DNA of 64,000 nucleotides from Snowella sp. (GTDB lineage Bacteria; Cyanobacteriota; Cyanobacteriia; Cyanobacteriales; Microcystaceae): NCBI GenBank assembly GCA_035285545.1, contig JAYKGY010000150.1, positions 37,775 to 101,774 of the forward strand, read 5' to 3'. Shown piece by piece: positions 9,471 to 20,421 of this stretch (position 1 is its first letter; each line of letters starts with the position of its first letter). The notes under the pieces were generated by a model. It saw only the letters and a program-made list of their open reading frames with translations, ran no database searches and was not told where the DNA came from. The position numbers and the translations under genes were made by a program.

Positions 9471-10058
9471 TTACCCATCACTTTTAACCCACAGGGCTAA
9501 CCCACCACCCCGACCTCTCGCAGCAATTAGATCCGATTGAATGGCGAAAAACGCAAAAAAAGCTTGTTTAGCGATGCTGTTTTCATAAAACTTTTCTTCG
9601 CTGGCTTTACCCCCTCGGATATAGCCCTTGTAAATCGGAACACCTAAAATCTGAAACTGAATTTGGGTAAAATCAAAGGCCAACAAATTCTTCTTGGGTT
9701 GAAATTTAGCTGGCCCACTAACAGAAAGTGTAACAAGCCCCACTTGAACGACGTTATTCACCGTTCCCTGCTCTGCGGTCTTGGATTGAAAACTAATTGT
9801 AATTCTGATCGGCGCAAAAAGATAAAATCCTGAGCCTAAAACAATTCCTGCTCGATTTTGAGCTTTTTTAGTTCCAGTAATAAAGCACAGCCGCCAAGTT
9901 CCCACCAGATCGGAAAACTGATGGGACGGTTTTTCCTGTCGAGCTTGTTTTTCTAAATCGAGTAGGGCCGTTACTAGGTCAGCCGCAGGGGGTTTACTGC
10001 CTTTACCGTGAAGAAAAGATTGGGCGGCTTGTTGGAGGAGTAAGAGGGGTTGATTCAT
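9471..10058 (-). CDS. Conserved hypothetical protein, PAP/fibrillin (lipocalin)-like
   Basis: LVGTWRLCF motif and C-terminal ARGRGGGLALW beta-barrel pattern. Confidence 0.55.
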   Translation of the reverse strand: MNQPLLLLQQAAQSFLHGKGSKPPAADLVTALLDLEKQARQEKPSHQFSDLVGTWRLCFITGTKKAQNRAGIVLGSGFYLFAPIRITISFQSKTAEQGTVNNVVQVGLVTLSVSGPAKFQPKKNLLAFDFTQIQFQILGVPIYKGYIRGGKASEEKFYENSIAKQAFFAFFAIQSDLIAARGRGGGLALWVKSDG

Positions 10059-10061
10059 GGT

Positions 10062-11123
10062 TTAGGTCAAGGCCGCTATGGATACTTTGGCGGCAATCTG
10101 TTGCGCGATCGCTGTTAACGCTTTAGCCGATGCAGACTCAGGATCACCTACCACAATCGGAATTCCACTATCTCCACCTTCTCTGAGGGAAATTTCTAAG
10201 GGAACACAACCTAATAGGGGAACATTTAATTCTTTAGACGCTTTTTCACCGCCACCCGAACCGAAGAGATCATAACTCCGCTCAGGCAGATCAGGCGGGA
10301 TAAAATAACTCATATTTTCCACAATCCCCAGAACCTTAACCCCCATTTGTTGGAACATTTTTAGACCCCGACGAGCATCCAGTAGGGAAACGGTTTGAGG
10401 AGTAGTAACGATAACGGCTCCAGCCATTGGAACAGCTTGCGTTAAGGTTAATTGAGCATCACCCGTTCCAGGCGGCATATCGACAACGAGGTAATCTAAA
10501 TCTCCCCAAGCGACTTGATACAAAAACTGCCGAATAATTCCATTCAGCATCGGCCCACGCCAAATAACGGGTTGATCGGGATCAATCAAGAAACCCATCG
10601 ACACCATTTTGATCCCATGATTGAAAGCAGGTTCGAGAATATCGCCTTGAGCCGATTGTTGGACTTTAACTTGGGCTTCACTCAATCCCAACATGGTAGG
10701 AGCATTAGGCCCATAGATATCAGCATCTAGTAAACCCACTTTTGCTCCTGTTTGAGCCAAAGCTACGGCCACATTAATGGCAACGGTACTTTTGCCCACA
10801 CCACCTTTACCACTAGAGATGGCAATAATATTTTTGACGCTGGAAATAGATTGGCGATCGGGTAAGGACTTTTGTTGAGGGGTTTCTGCGGTTACGTCCA
10901 CTTTCACGTTTTCGACACCAGGGAGTTTTTTAATGGCTTTTTGACAATCTTCTACAATAAATTCTCGTAACGGGCAAGCAGGCGTAGTTAAAACGAGGGT
11001 AAAGCTGACATCTCCGCCCTTAATTTGTACATTGCGGATCATGTTGAGTTCAACAAGGCTTTTCTGCAATTCAGGATCTTGTACAGGGCGTAAGGTGTCT
11101 AATATCGTTTGTGTATCAAGCAT
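10062..11123 (-). CDS. mrp: Mrp/NBP35/ApbC (HCF101-like) Fe-S cluster carrier ATPase
   Basis: N-terminal DUF59 (DPEL...TTPACP), SGKGGVGKS, DADIYGP, DMPPGTGD and VENMS motifs. Start MLDTQ at 11123. Confidence 0.92.
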   Translation of the reverse strand: MLDTQTILDTLRPVQDPELQKSLVELNMIRNVQIKGGDVSFTLVLTTPACPLREFIVEDCQKAIKKLPGVENVKVDVTAETPQQKSLPDRQSISSVKNIIAISSGKGGVGKSTVAINVAVALAQTGAKVGLLDADIYGPNAPTMLGLSEAQVKVQQSAQGDILEPAFNHGIKMVSMGFLIDPDQPVIWRGPMLNGIIRQFLYQVAWGDLDYLVVDMPPGTGDAQLTLTQAVPMAGAVIVTTPQTVSLLDARRGLKMFQQMGVKVLGIVENMSYFIPPDLPERSYDLFGSGGGEKASKELNVPLLGCVPLEISLREGGDSGIPIVVGDPESASAKALTAIAQQIAAKVSIAALT

Positions 11124-11412
11124 AAAAATAAATTTTTTAAATTCTGTAGGTGGTTTGCTACCCGACAAGGAGGATTGAGTCTTTATCAATTTTAGTCGTT
11201 TTGGGGTATCTTCGGATGGTTGACCAATGATGAGTATCTTTGAGATTTTATCCCCTTACAATTTTTAATTATTAATAGATTAGACGGGTAAAAATTAAGT
11301 GTTAATTCTGATTAATTGCTGTTTTTTTACTATAAATAAAAAGCTACTTAAACGATTGAAGCAAAGGATTTAACAGTTTTAAATCCCTACGGAAACAATC
11401 ATAAAAAACTTC

Positions 11413-11440
11413 GTAGAGCCATAATACTATTATGTCCTTA
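11413..11440. repeat. Degenerate GTAG-type REP palindrome
   Basis: GTAGAGCCATAATACTATTATGTCCTTA, related to the copy at 23050-23077. Confidence 0.5.
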
Positions 11441-11527
11441 TCAAAAAGCCTATTTTAGTTTGAATTCAGTTAGCCCGTTCGACTTTAAAGTAATCTATAA
11501 CTAAAGAAACCAATCTTTTGTCTCATT

Positions 11528-12223
11528 ATGTTAATTCCCCTTACCCGTGAAGCCTTTGAACAAGTTATTCCCCTCATTGCGACAGGGCCACAATATTCCC
11601 ATGTTTGGGGGGATTGGAATAGTTTTTTGCGGCGATTATTGATTTCTCTGATGATTGTGGTCGTTATTTGGCTAATTGGCTTTTTGTTAGGAGATAATGC
11701 ACAAGGCATAAAGTTATTACTCTACATTATCAGTGGATTATATTGGTTTTGGTCGCCTGTTTATACCGCCAGTGTCCGCAATAATAATTACCGTCGTTAT
11801 CCCTATGCAGGATTTTGGCGCGGGAAAGTGCTGGATGTGTTTATTACTGAGGAATTAATTAACGAAGAACAACGGGCTAATAAATTTGGAGAATTGGAGA
11901 TTATTGAAAATCGGGAACGACGCATTAATATCGAAGTCGGCGATCGCGAAGGATTTCGAGCCACCGTACAAGCCCCAATTAAACGAATTTACAAACCCAT
12001 TGCCCCAGGGAATATTGCAGAAATGGTCGTTTTATCTCGGCAACCTGAATTGGAACGGATTGAAAAAATTACCGATCTTTATTTACCGCAATTTGATCTG
12101 TGGGTGGGCGAGTATCCCTACTTACGCAGAGATGTTTTTAAAGATATCAGCAATGAATTGGGTGGCGGTAATAGATCCCGTCCTCGGCCTGCTAATACTC
12201 CCGTTCGTAAGCGTTTACGTTAA
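11528..12223 (+). CDS. Conserved cyanobacterial membrane protein
   Basis: MLIPLTRE.FEQ.IPLIATG.QY start, two TM helices and an OB-like C-terminus. Function unknown. Confidence 0.65.
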   Translation: MLIPLTREAFEQVIPLIATGPQYSHVWGDWNSFLRRLLISLMIVVVIWLIGFLLGDNAQGIKLLLYIISGLYWFWSPVYTASVRNNNYRRYPYAGFWRGKVLDVFITEELINEEQRANKFGELEIIENRERRINIEVGDREGFRATVQAPIKRIYKPIAPGNIAEMVVLSRQPELERIEKITDLYLPQFDLWVGEYPYLRRDVFKDISNELGGGNRSRPRPANTPVRKRLR

Positions 12224-12701
12224 CAGAAGTTAATAAAAAACAAGTTTTTAGCAAAAAGTTATAAATATTAATAAAATTCCTTTTTCCCTGATCCCCAGAC
12301 GAGTCGAAAACCTTTTAACAGAACTTCCACAGAGCTATCCATAGTCTTCTATCTATCAACAAGATTGATTTTACTTAAATAAACAACCATTTTTCCTGAT
12401 TACAACGTGGCTTCAGGTAAATATACTCAAGCTTTTTCAGCGATCGCCAATCTATTTTGTTTATTGTACCGATTTAATATAATTAAATTTATAAAATTTT
12501 AAAAATAAGCTTAATTTTTGTTTTTAAAGGATTATTATATTGATTTAATAGTTTTATATCTCAATAAATCTTATTGATATAAAATTAAGCTGCATTTTGA
12601 ATTTGAACGAGCTTCCCATTCCCAAAAACTTAGTCAATAATGCAGTTAATGAGATGAGAACCAACCCATTAAATTTCAAGCATTATCTAGGAGAAAAGAC
12701 T

Positions 12702-13571
12702 TTGACTTTAACACTCGCAGTTTACGGAAAAGGCGGCATTGGTAAATCCACAACAAGCTGCAATATCTCGACGGCTTTAGCAAAACGGGGTAAAAAAGTC
12801 TTACAAATTGGCTGCGACCCAAAACACGACAGCACCTTTACTCTCACAGGGTTTTTAATCCCCACTATTATCGACACGCTTCAAGAAAAAGACTTCCATT
12901 ACGAAGATATTTGGCCAGAAGATGTTATCTACAAAGGCTATGCAGGTGTGGATTGCGTAGAAGCGGGTGGCCCGCCTGCGGGTGCGGGTTGTGGCGGTTA
13001 CGTTGTCGGTGAAACGGTCAAATTACTCAAAGAACTCAATGCCTTTGATGAATACGATGTCATTCTCTTTGATGTCTTAGGGGACGTAGTTTGTGGAGGA
13101 TTTGCGGCTCCCTTGAACTATGCGGATTATTGCTTAATCGTTACCGATAACGGTTTTGATGCCCTCTTTGCTGCCAATCGGATCGCCGCGTCTGTTCGAG
13201 AAAAAGCACGGACACACACATTACGGTTAGCGGGTTTAATCGGTAATCGCACCTCGAAGCGGGATTTGATTGATAAATATGTCGAATCAGTACCGATGCC
13301 TGTTTTGGAAATTCTGCCGTTAATTGAAGATATTCGCGTTTCGCGGGTCAAAGGAAAAACTTTATTTGAAATGGCAGAAACCGACCCATCTTTAAATTAT
13401 GTTTGTGATTTTTATTTAAATATTGCAGATCAAATTTTGTCGAATCCTGAAGGTGTGGTTCCCAAAGATGCCCAAGACCGCGAATTATTTAGTTTACTTT
13501 CTGATTTCTATCTCAATCCTGAAAAGCCTGCGATGAATGCAGAAGCAGAATTAGATTTGATGATGGTTTAA
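12702..13571 (+). CDS. chlL: Dark-operative protochlorophyllide reductase Fe protein
   Basis: [28 protein letters not shown] and [11 protein letters not shown] motifs. TTG start at 12702 after the AGGAG RBS. Confidence 0.97.
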   Translation: MTLTLAVYGKGGIGKSTTSCNISTALAKRGKKVLQIGCDPKHDSTFTLTGFLIPTIIDTLQEKDFHYEDIWPEDVIYKGYAGVDCVEAGGPPAGAGCGGYVVGETVKLLKELNAFDEYDVILFDVLGDVVCGGFAAPLNYADYCLIVTDNGFDALFAANRIAASVREKARTHTLRLAGLIGNRTSKRDLIDKYVESVPMPVLEILPLIEDIRVSRVKGKTLFEMAETDPSLNYVCDFYLNIADQILSNPEGVVPKDAQDRELFSLLSDFYLNPEKPAMNAEAELDLMMV

Positions 13572-13660
13572 TTTTCTCTAATCCTTTTAAGAATGGGCTT
13601 AAACTGCTTTCTCTCTTTCTCTTACTCACTTAAAATTTGATTTTTATTACACTGATAACC

Positions 13661-14143
13661 ATGTCAAATCATCTGACAGATATTATTGGCGAACGCGGAG
13701 AAATCATCTTTGAGTTAGCAGTTACCCATTATCAAACTTTTGGTTATCCTATTTTTAAGCCAGTGTTTTTAGGAGAAAAATGGCCAGACATTGATTATTA
13801 TGTGCAGCTTTTACAAATTGAGGATATAACGCCTTTCTTCTTTGTTCAAATTAAGTCAACCCAAAATGATATCAACAATAAAACTAAAAAGTTAAGTATT
13901 CGCTTAACTAAAGAACAACGTGAAAATTTGTTTAAGATGACAGCCCCAACCTATCTTGTGGGTATTCATGAGCCAACACAAAGGGCTTTTATTCGTTCTG
14001 TTCACACTAAGCCCACTCAGGGCATTTATCAAATTTCGCTAAAATACGAATTAACACCAAATAATCTAAAGGTTCTTCACCAAGAAGTCTACGATTTTTG
14101 GAAGAATACAGTATATAAACCTTTTACCTCTGCTTTTTTATGA
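13661..14143 (+). CDS. DUF4365-like PD-(D/E)XK nuclease-fold protein
   Basis: GERGE...WPDIDYYV...FFVQIKST pattern. Confidence 0.7.
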   Translation: MSNHLTDIIGERGEIIFELAVTHYQTFGYPIFKPVFLGEKWPDIDYYVQLLQIEDITPFFFVQIKSTQNDINNKTKKLSIRLTKEQRENLFKMTAPTYLVGIHEPTQRAFIRSVHTKPTQGIYQISLKYELTPNNLKVLHQEVYDFWKNTVYKPFTSAFL

Positions 14144-14586
14144 TTACTAAAACTGATGTACCTTGGTATGTTACAAAAAGGGGCGAATTGCTGACGAAAC
14201 AGCTTTTATTTGAACTCGCTCCTGATGATTTATTTTATACAGGTGATCATCCTGAACATCTCTTCGATTATATGGTTCTTTTCCTAAAACCTGATGGTAG
14301 TCCTGTGACGATCGCGATTACGGTTAAGGCAACGGAAGAAGAAATTAATGGGGTTTATCCTGTTAAGGTATCGGAATTAAACAAGTTAAAAAATTCCAAT
14401 ATTCCTGTTTTGATTTTAGTGATAGATGTTAAACGCAATCATTATTTTTTTAATTGGGTAAAGAATATTAGTCAGCTTGATGAATCTGAGTCATTAAAAT
14501 CCGATCAATCTATTGAAGCCCCTTTACGTCACGGAACATCGGAGGAAATTCAAAAATTAAAACAAGAAATTATGACAATTACTTAG
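14140..14586 (+). CDS. Second DUF4365-like protein, coupled by ATGA overlap
   Basis: KRGE...FDYMV...ITVKAT, then NIPVLILVIDVK...FFNW. Confidence 0.6.
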   Translation: MITKTDVPWYVTKRGELLTKQLLFELAPDDLFYTGDHPEHLFDYMVLFLKPDGSPVTIAITVKATEEEINGVYPVKVSELNKLKNSNIPVLILVIDVKRNHYFFNWVKNISQLDESESLKSDQSIEAPLRHGTSEEIQKLKQEIMTIT

Positions 14587-14627
14587 TTTTTTCATTAAAT
14601 CTTCTAGATTGTGGTAACTTCTTAACT

Positions 14628-14753
14628 ATGCCTCTTTCGGCCTTAGTGTGGATATTGCAAAAAACATAATCAGAGCTTTCTCTCAAACTCTTTAGCTGCA
14701 AGGAGTTCAGTAAATTTTAAACAAAAACTCCACACGTTAACCAGAAGAGACAT
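14628..14753. mobile_element. Degenerate MITE-like element (ISL3-like ends)
   Basis: Imperfect TIRs ATGCCTCTTTCGGCCTTAGTGTGGA and TCCACACGTTAACCAGAAGAGACAT (17/25 match). Internal AACTCTT...AAGGAGTT hairpin. Confidence 0.5.
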
Positions 14754-14778
14754 TATTTATTAAGTTTCACACAAATCA

Positions 14779-15639
14779 ATGATTTATCAAAAAACAATGA
14801 AGCAAAAACTTAAATTAAGCAAACAGCTAAAGATCGTTATTACAATAATTTCAATTTTTGTTTTTACAATCTTAGCTCATCACTTTGATGCAATAGGAAG
14901 CTTTAAGTTAACCCAAGAATTGCCATCAGTATTAGCTCAAACTCCAACCCCGACAACTACACCAACTCCACAGTCAACAACTACATCAAATTCAAATTCA
15001 GATTCGGTATTCTTGTTACTTAATAACACAAATATGTTATTGTGGATTGCTTTAATTGGGGTATTTGTAGTCCTATTTTCAGCACTGTCACCTATTACTG
15101 GTTCTGTCAAAATGTGGTGGACAGGTGACGATACTAAACCTACATTAAAAGATAAAGCTGATTTTCTAGTCCAAGCTTTGCCCAAGATATCAGAAAGTAT
15201 TACTATTGTTCTGGTCATAATTGTTGTTACAGCACTAACTGTAAGTGACAAGATTGAATCAGAAGGAACTATTAGTATTCTTTCATCCATAATTGGATTT
15301 GTACTTGGAAAAAAAGCTGCTGAAAGTTCAAAAAATAATTTATCAACATCAACTAAAAACGTTATCTCATTAATACCTGAAAAGGCTGAGGTTAAATTTG
15401 GAGATACACTCGAAATCAAAATTTATCCTGAACAAAAGATAGGATCTTATATGGTCGATATTCAACCATACAACATAGGAACGGTAACAATACAGAATAA
15501 ATCTACTTTACTTTATCAGGCTCCTAGTAAAAATGACGCAGGTGGCACAAGCGAAGTAACTATTACTGTTATGTCAAGAACTCCTGGGATACCATCAGCT
15601 ACAGCTAAGATTCAACTCATTGATATTGAAGAAGAATGA
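14779..15639 (+). CDS. Hypothetical multi-TM protein with T/P linker and C-terminal beta-rich (Ig-like) domain
   Basis: Hydrophobic segments, TPTPTTTPTPQSTTT linker and beta-rich C-terminus. AT-rich with no HIP1. Confidence 0.65.
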   Translation: MIYQKTMKQKLKLSKQLKIVITIISIFVFTILAHHFDAIGSFKLTQELPSVLAQTPTPTTTPTPQSTTTSNSNSDSVFLLLNNTNMLLWIALIGVFVVLFSALSPITGSVKMWWTGDDTKPTLKDKADFLVQALPKISESITIVLVIIVVTALTVSDKIESEGTISILSSIIGFVLGKKAAESSKNNLSTSTKNVISLIPEKAEVKFGDTLEIKIYPEQKIGSYMVDIQPYNIGTVTIQNKSTLLYQAPSKNDAGGTSEVTITVMSRTPGIPSATAKIQLIDIEEE

Positions 15640-15692
15640 GATTATCATTTCTCATCTGCTTTTAACAAGTTTTAACTATTAAATTAAATTAG

Positions 15693-17132
<1,440 letters not shown>

Positions 17133-17189
17133 CTTAAACCAAGTGATGATCTGGAGCAGGGCGATCGCATGAAAATCTAGGCGATCGCT

Positions 17190-17400
17190 CGAAGAAGTTA
17201 TCACAGGATTCTTAAAAAAGACCTGCAAATTATTGATAATTCTGTAGATTAATTTATTGGAGCCTATCAAATGAATATTCTTGATGGGAAAGAAAATCAT
17301 GATTATTATTTAGCCCAACAATTACAAAAAAACACAATGACTAAACTATTGGTAGATATATCGGATTGAGCCAACTTCATTGATATTAGTCAGCCTCATA
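17190..17400 (+). pseudogene. Decayed vapBC-like TA relic (antitoxin C-terminus plus PIN-toxin N-terminus)
   Basis: One frame reads ...NSVD*FIGAYQMNILDGKENHDYYLAQQLQKNT-MTKLLVDISD*ANFIDISQPH. The second part resembles a VapC start (LFVDTSGWANL), with TGA where Trp is expected. Confidence 0.5.
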
Positions 17401-17450
17401 CAATCTCACCGTTTCTAGAAATAGAAAATGACTACCATAAATTGCAAATC

Positions 17451-17729
17451 CTACTTCCAATGTTGTTGATAAAATTGCTCAATCGCTCCTACTGCTTTTA
17501 ATAAAGGTGAATCTAAAGAATCGATCCAGTCAGCGACTTCTCGCGATAATCCTAACGTAATCACACCTTGAGAGGGTTCTAATTGTTGAGATAAAACTTG
17601 ACTTTTTAGATGTTGTAACTGAGAAATCACTCTCGATAATTGCTCAACGTTAACTGGGAAATCTGTTTGTTCAGCAACTATGAGAGCGCGATCGATTAAT
17701 TGAATAAATTCCTGGGTCGGTTTATTCAT
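17451..17729 (-). CDS. Putative Tsi6-like immunity protein
   Basis: 92-aa all-helical protein with no signal peptide. IDRAL...QLQHLKSQVL...ITLGL...DSPLLKAV resembles Tsi6 as I recall it. Lies 27 bp downstream of the toxin-like gene. Confidence 0.6.
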   Translation of the reverse strand: MNKPTQEFIQLIDRALIVAEQTDFPVNVEQLSRVISQLQHLKSQVLSQQLEPSQGVITLGLSREVADWIDSLDSPLLKAVGAIEQFYQQHWK

Positions 17730-17756
17730 AAAGCATGAGTTTTTAGATAATAATTT

Positions 17757-18281
17757 TTATCGGCTTTGTGAAGGACAACAAAACGGATCAATGGTAATTT
17801 CTCCCGCTTCTTCCCATTTAATTTTAGGATCTCTAGAATCTTCGATAAACGTTTGCTGAGCACCCCCTGGGTAACAATCAGATGGAGTTTGAGGGGCAGC
17901 ACTTCCTTGATATATTACAGTCCCTGCGGGTAAAGTTACTTTGACTCGTTTATTCGCAGGATTTCCCCAAGCTTGGTTCAGGGCTAGTCCTCTGATCGCT
18001 GTGGATGTTGTTGAAAAATTATCCGTTGTTAAATAACGACCATATTTAGATACGCTATTCCCATAGTAACGATAAAAAACCTGCTCCGTCGTCAGTGTTA
18101 CTTTTTTGCATTCGGAATTAAGAAATGTCACCACGACACTAGGATCGCTGAGGGGACAAGATGCTGTTTGTGCGAGAACTTTCCCTGAATACAGGCTGCT
18201 ATTCGGGCCCACATTTCCCAGTAAAAAGCTACCCAAAATGCCTAAGCCAAGATTAATCAGGATAGATTGAGCTTTTATCAT
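17757..18281 (-). CDS. Secreted Tne2/Tse6/TNT-like NAD(P)+ glycohydrolase toxin domain protein
   Basis: Signal peptide ending VLA, then TF....V.L.....YRYYG....G.YLT...LAL...WGN.A....LPAGT.IY.G.AAPQ....GGAQQ.F. Confidence 0.65.
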   Translation of the reverse strand: MIKAQSILINLGLGILGSFLLGNVGPNSSLYSGKVLAQTASCPLSDPSVVVTFLNSECKKVTLTTEQVFYRYYGNSVSKYGRYLTTDNFSTTSTAIRGLALNQAWGNPANKRVKVTLPAGTVIYQGSAAPQTPSDCYPGGAQQTFIEDSRDPKIKWEEAGEITIDPFCCPSQSR

Positions 18282-18511
18282 TGCAATTCCCCTATTTGAC
18301 TGAAATGTTGGAGATGATTGCAGTTTATCAAGCTCAATCCAATGATTGTATGAAAAAAATAATAAAGATTTGCCTACCCCGCCGTAGGGTGAACCTTTTC
18401 CTCATTGATGCGGTGGTAAGCAGGCTGATTATGAGAGTTGTGCGATTTCCTTGAGTTATTTAAAGTAAACGGGATTGTAACCCGAACTTAAACCCTGATA
18501 CCCGATTTCAT

Positions 18512-19513
18512 CTAGCGGAACATACTACTGACCGAAGTATCTTCATGAATCCGCCAAATCGCTTCGCCCAAAAGATTAGCCACTGTGAGAATCGTTAATT
18601 GGGGGAATTGGTGATCATCGGCAATAGGAATAGTGTTCGTCACAATGACTTCTTCTAAAACCCCGCTGGATAGGCGAGAAATTGCCGGTTCCGAGAAAAC
18701 GGCATGGGTGGCACAGGCATAAACCTGTCTGGCTCCGCGTTCTTTTAATAAGCGTGCACCTTCTTGGATAGTGCCTGCGGTATCGATCATGTCATCGACT
18801 AAAACCGCTGTTTTTCCCTGAACATCCCCAATTAGGTTTAAAACTTCTGCAACATTATGGGATTGGCGACGTTTATCAATGATGGCTAAAGGCGCATCGT
18901 TAAGTTTTTTGGCAAAAGCCCTAGCACGGGCAACCCCACCCACATCAGGGGAAACGACGACTAAATCGCTTAATTGTTTGCTGAGTAAATAATCAATAAT
19001 GACGGGAGAGCCATAAACGTGATCAAAGGGAATATCGAAATAGCCTTGAATCTGGGCAGAGTGGAGATCCATGGCTAAGATCCGTTGTGCCCCAGCTTCG
19101 GTGATTAAATTAGCAACTAATTTTGCGGCGATCGATTCACGGCCTGCGGTTTTGCGATCCGCTCTGGCGTAACCATAGTAGGGAATAACTGCTGTAATTT
19201 GACGGGCGGATGCTCTGCGACAAGCATCGATCATAATGAGGAGTTCCATCAAGTTATCGTTGACGGGATTGCAACAGGGCTGAATCAGGTAAATATCCCC
19301 GCCTCGAATGGACTCTTGAATTTGAATATAAAGCTCTCCGTCAGCAAATCGTTTCCGCAACATCGGGCCGATATCCATACCAAGATAACGGGCGACTTCT
19401 TGCGAGAGAGGAAAATTAGCTGATCCCGAAAAAAGACGAAGACGGTTATTTTCTGACAGCGATGGTAGCACCCGCTGAGGGGATAAGGTAGCAGTACGGC
19501 TCACGACAGGCAT
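18512..19513 (-). CDS. prs: Ribose-phosphate pyrophosphokinase
   Basis: FADGE, PYYGYARADRK, VVSPDVGG and VDDMIDTAGT motifs. Exact start uncertain (19513 ATG or 19504 GTG). Confidence 0.97.
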   Translation of the reverse strand: MPVVSRTATLSPQRVLPSLSENNRLRLFSGSANFPLSQEVARYLGMDIGPMLRKRFADGELYIQIQESIRGGDIYLIQPCCNPVNDNLMELLIMIDACRRASARQITAVIPYYGYARADRKTAGRESIAAKLVANLITEAGAQRILAMDLHSAQIQGYFDIPFDHVYGSPVIIDYLLSKQLSDLVVVSPDVGGVARARAFAKKLNDAPLAIIDKRRQSHNVAEVLNLIGDVQGKTAVLVDDMIDTAGTIQEGARLLKERGARQVYACATHAVFSEPAISRLSSGVLEEVIVTNTIPIADDHQFPQLTILTVANLLGEAIWRIHEDTSVSSMFR

Positions 19514-19717
19514 TTTCCTCAACTCATTGCATTACTAATTCTCTCAGAAATTGGTGTATTCTGATTAATTGAATTTGTCATTGTTTATGATAACCGATTC
19601 ATCTTACTTGGCAAGGGTTATTTAGAACTTGTTTAAAGTTATTGTATTGAAAGTTAATAGGCTATTAAAGTAACAACCTTTAACTATTTGTTGAAATTCT
19701 TAAAGCTATAAAGAAAG

Positions 19718-20407
19718 GTGATGAAAACATTACTGGTTACAGGAACAGATACCGATGTCGGAAAGACAGTTTTAACTTCAACCTTGGCGGCTTATTGGTA
19801 TCAATATCGATCTAATCAGTCGTTAGGTTTAATGAAATTAATGCAAACGGGGATCGGGGATGATGAACATTATCAGTCGTTATTTGCTAATCATGCTACT
19901 GGGGATATTGTGACACCACTCAAGTTTAAAACTCCTGTTGCGCCTCCCATTGCAGCGGAACGAGAAGGCCGAGAAATTCCGTTAGAAACGGTTTGGCAAG
20001 CCCTAACTCAATTGCAAAAAAAGCATCAATTTGTTCTCGTTGAAGCATTAGGTGGTTTAGGTTCTCCTGTTACTTCAGAATTAAGCGTGGCTGATATTGC
20101 CGGATTGTGGCGATTGGAAACGGTCTTAGTGGTTCCGGTTAAGTTGGGCGCGATCGCGCAAGCAGTGGCCAATGTTGCTCTCGCTCGTCAAACCAAGGTT
20201 ACGGTAAAAGGAATTGTTTTAAGTTGTAATAAACCTGAATCAGAGGAAAAATTAGACGACTGGGCCCCGATTGAGATGGTGCAAAATTTTACCCAAGTTC
20301 CTGTACTCGGTGTCCTGCCCTATTTTTCCGCTGAACAATTAAAAGATATTCATTATTTGGGGCAAATCGGCAGTCGATTGGATTGGGAAAAATTGAGCAT
20401 TGAATAG
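19718..20407 (+). CDS. bioD: Dethiobiotin synthase
   Basis: VTGTDTDVGKT, KLMQTG and VEALGG motifs. Confidence 0.93.
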   Translation: MMKTLLVTGTDTDVGKTVLTSTLAAYWYQYRSNQSLGLMKLMQTGIGDDEHYQSLFANHATGDIVTPLKFKTPVAPPIAAEREGREIPLETVWQALTQLQKKHQFVLVEALGGLGSPVTSELSVADIAGLWRLETVLVVPVKLGAIAQAVANVALARQTKVTVKGIVLSCNKPESEEKLDDWAPIEMVQNFTQVPVLGVLPYFSAEQLKDIHYLGQIGSRLDWEKLSIE

Positions 20408-20421
20408 AATTTTAAAAATCT

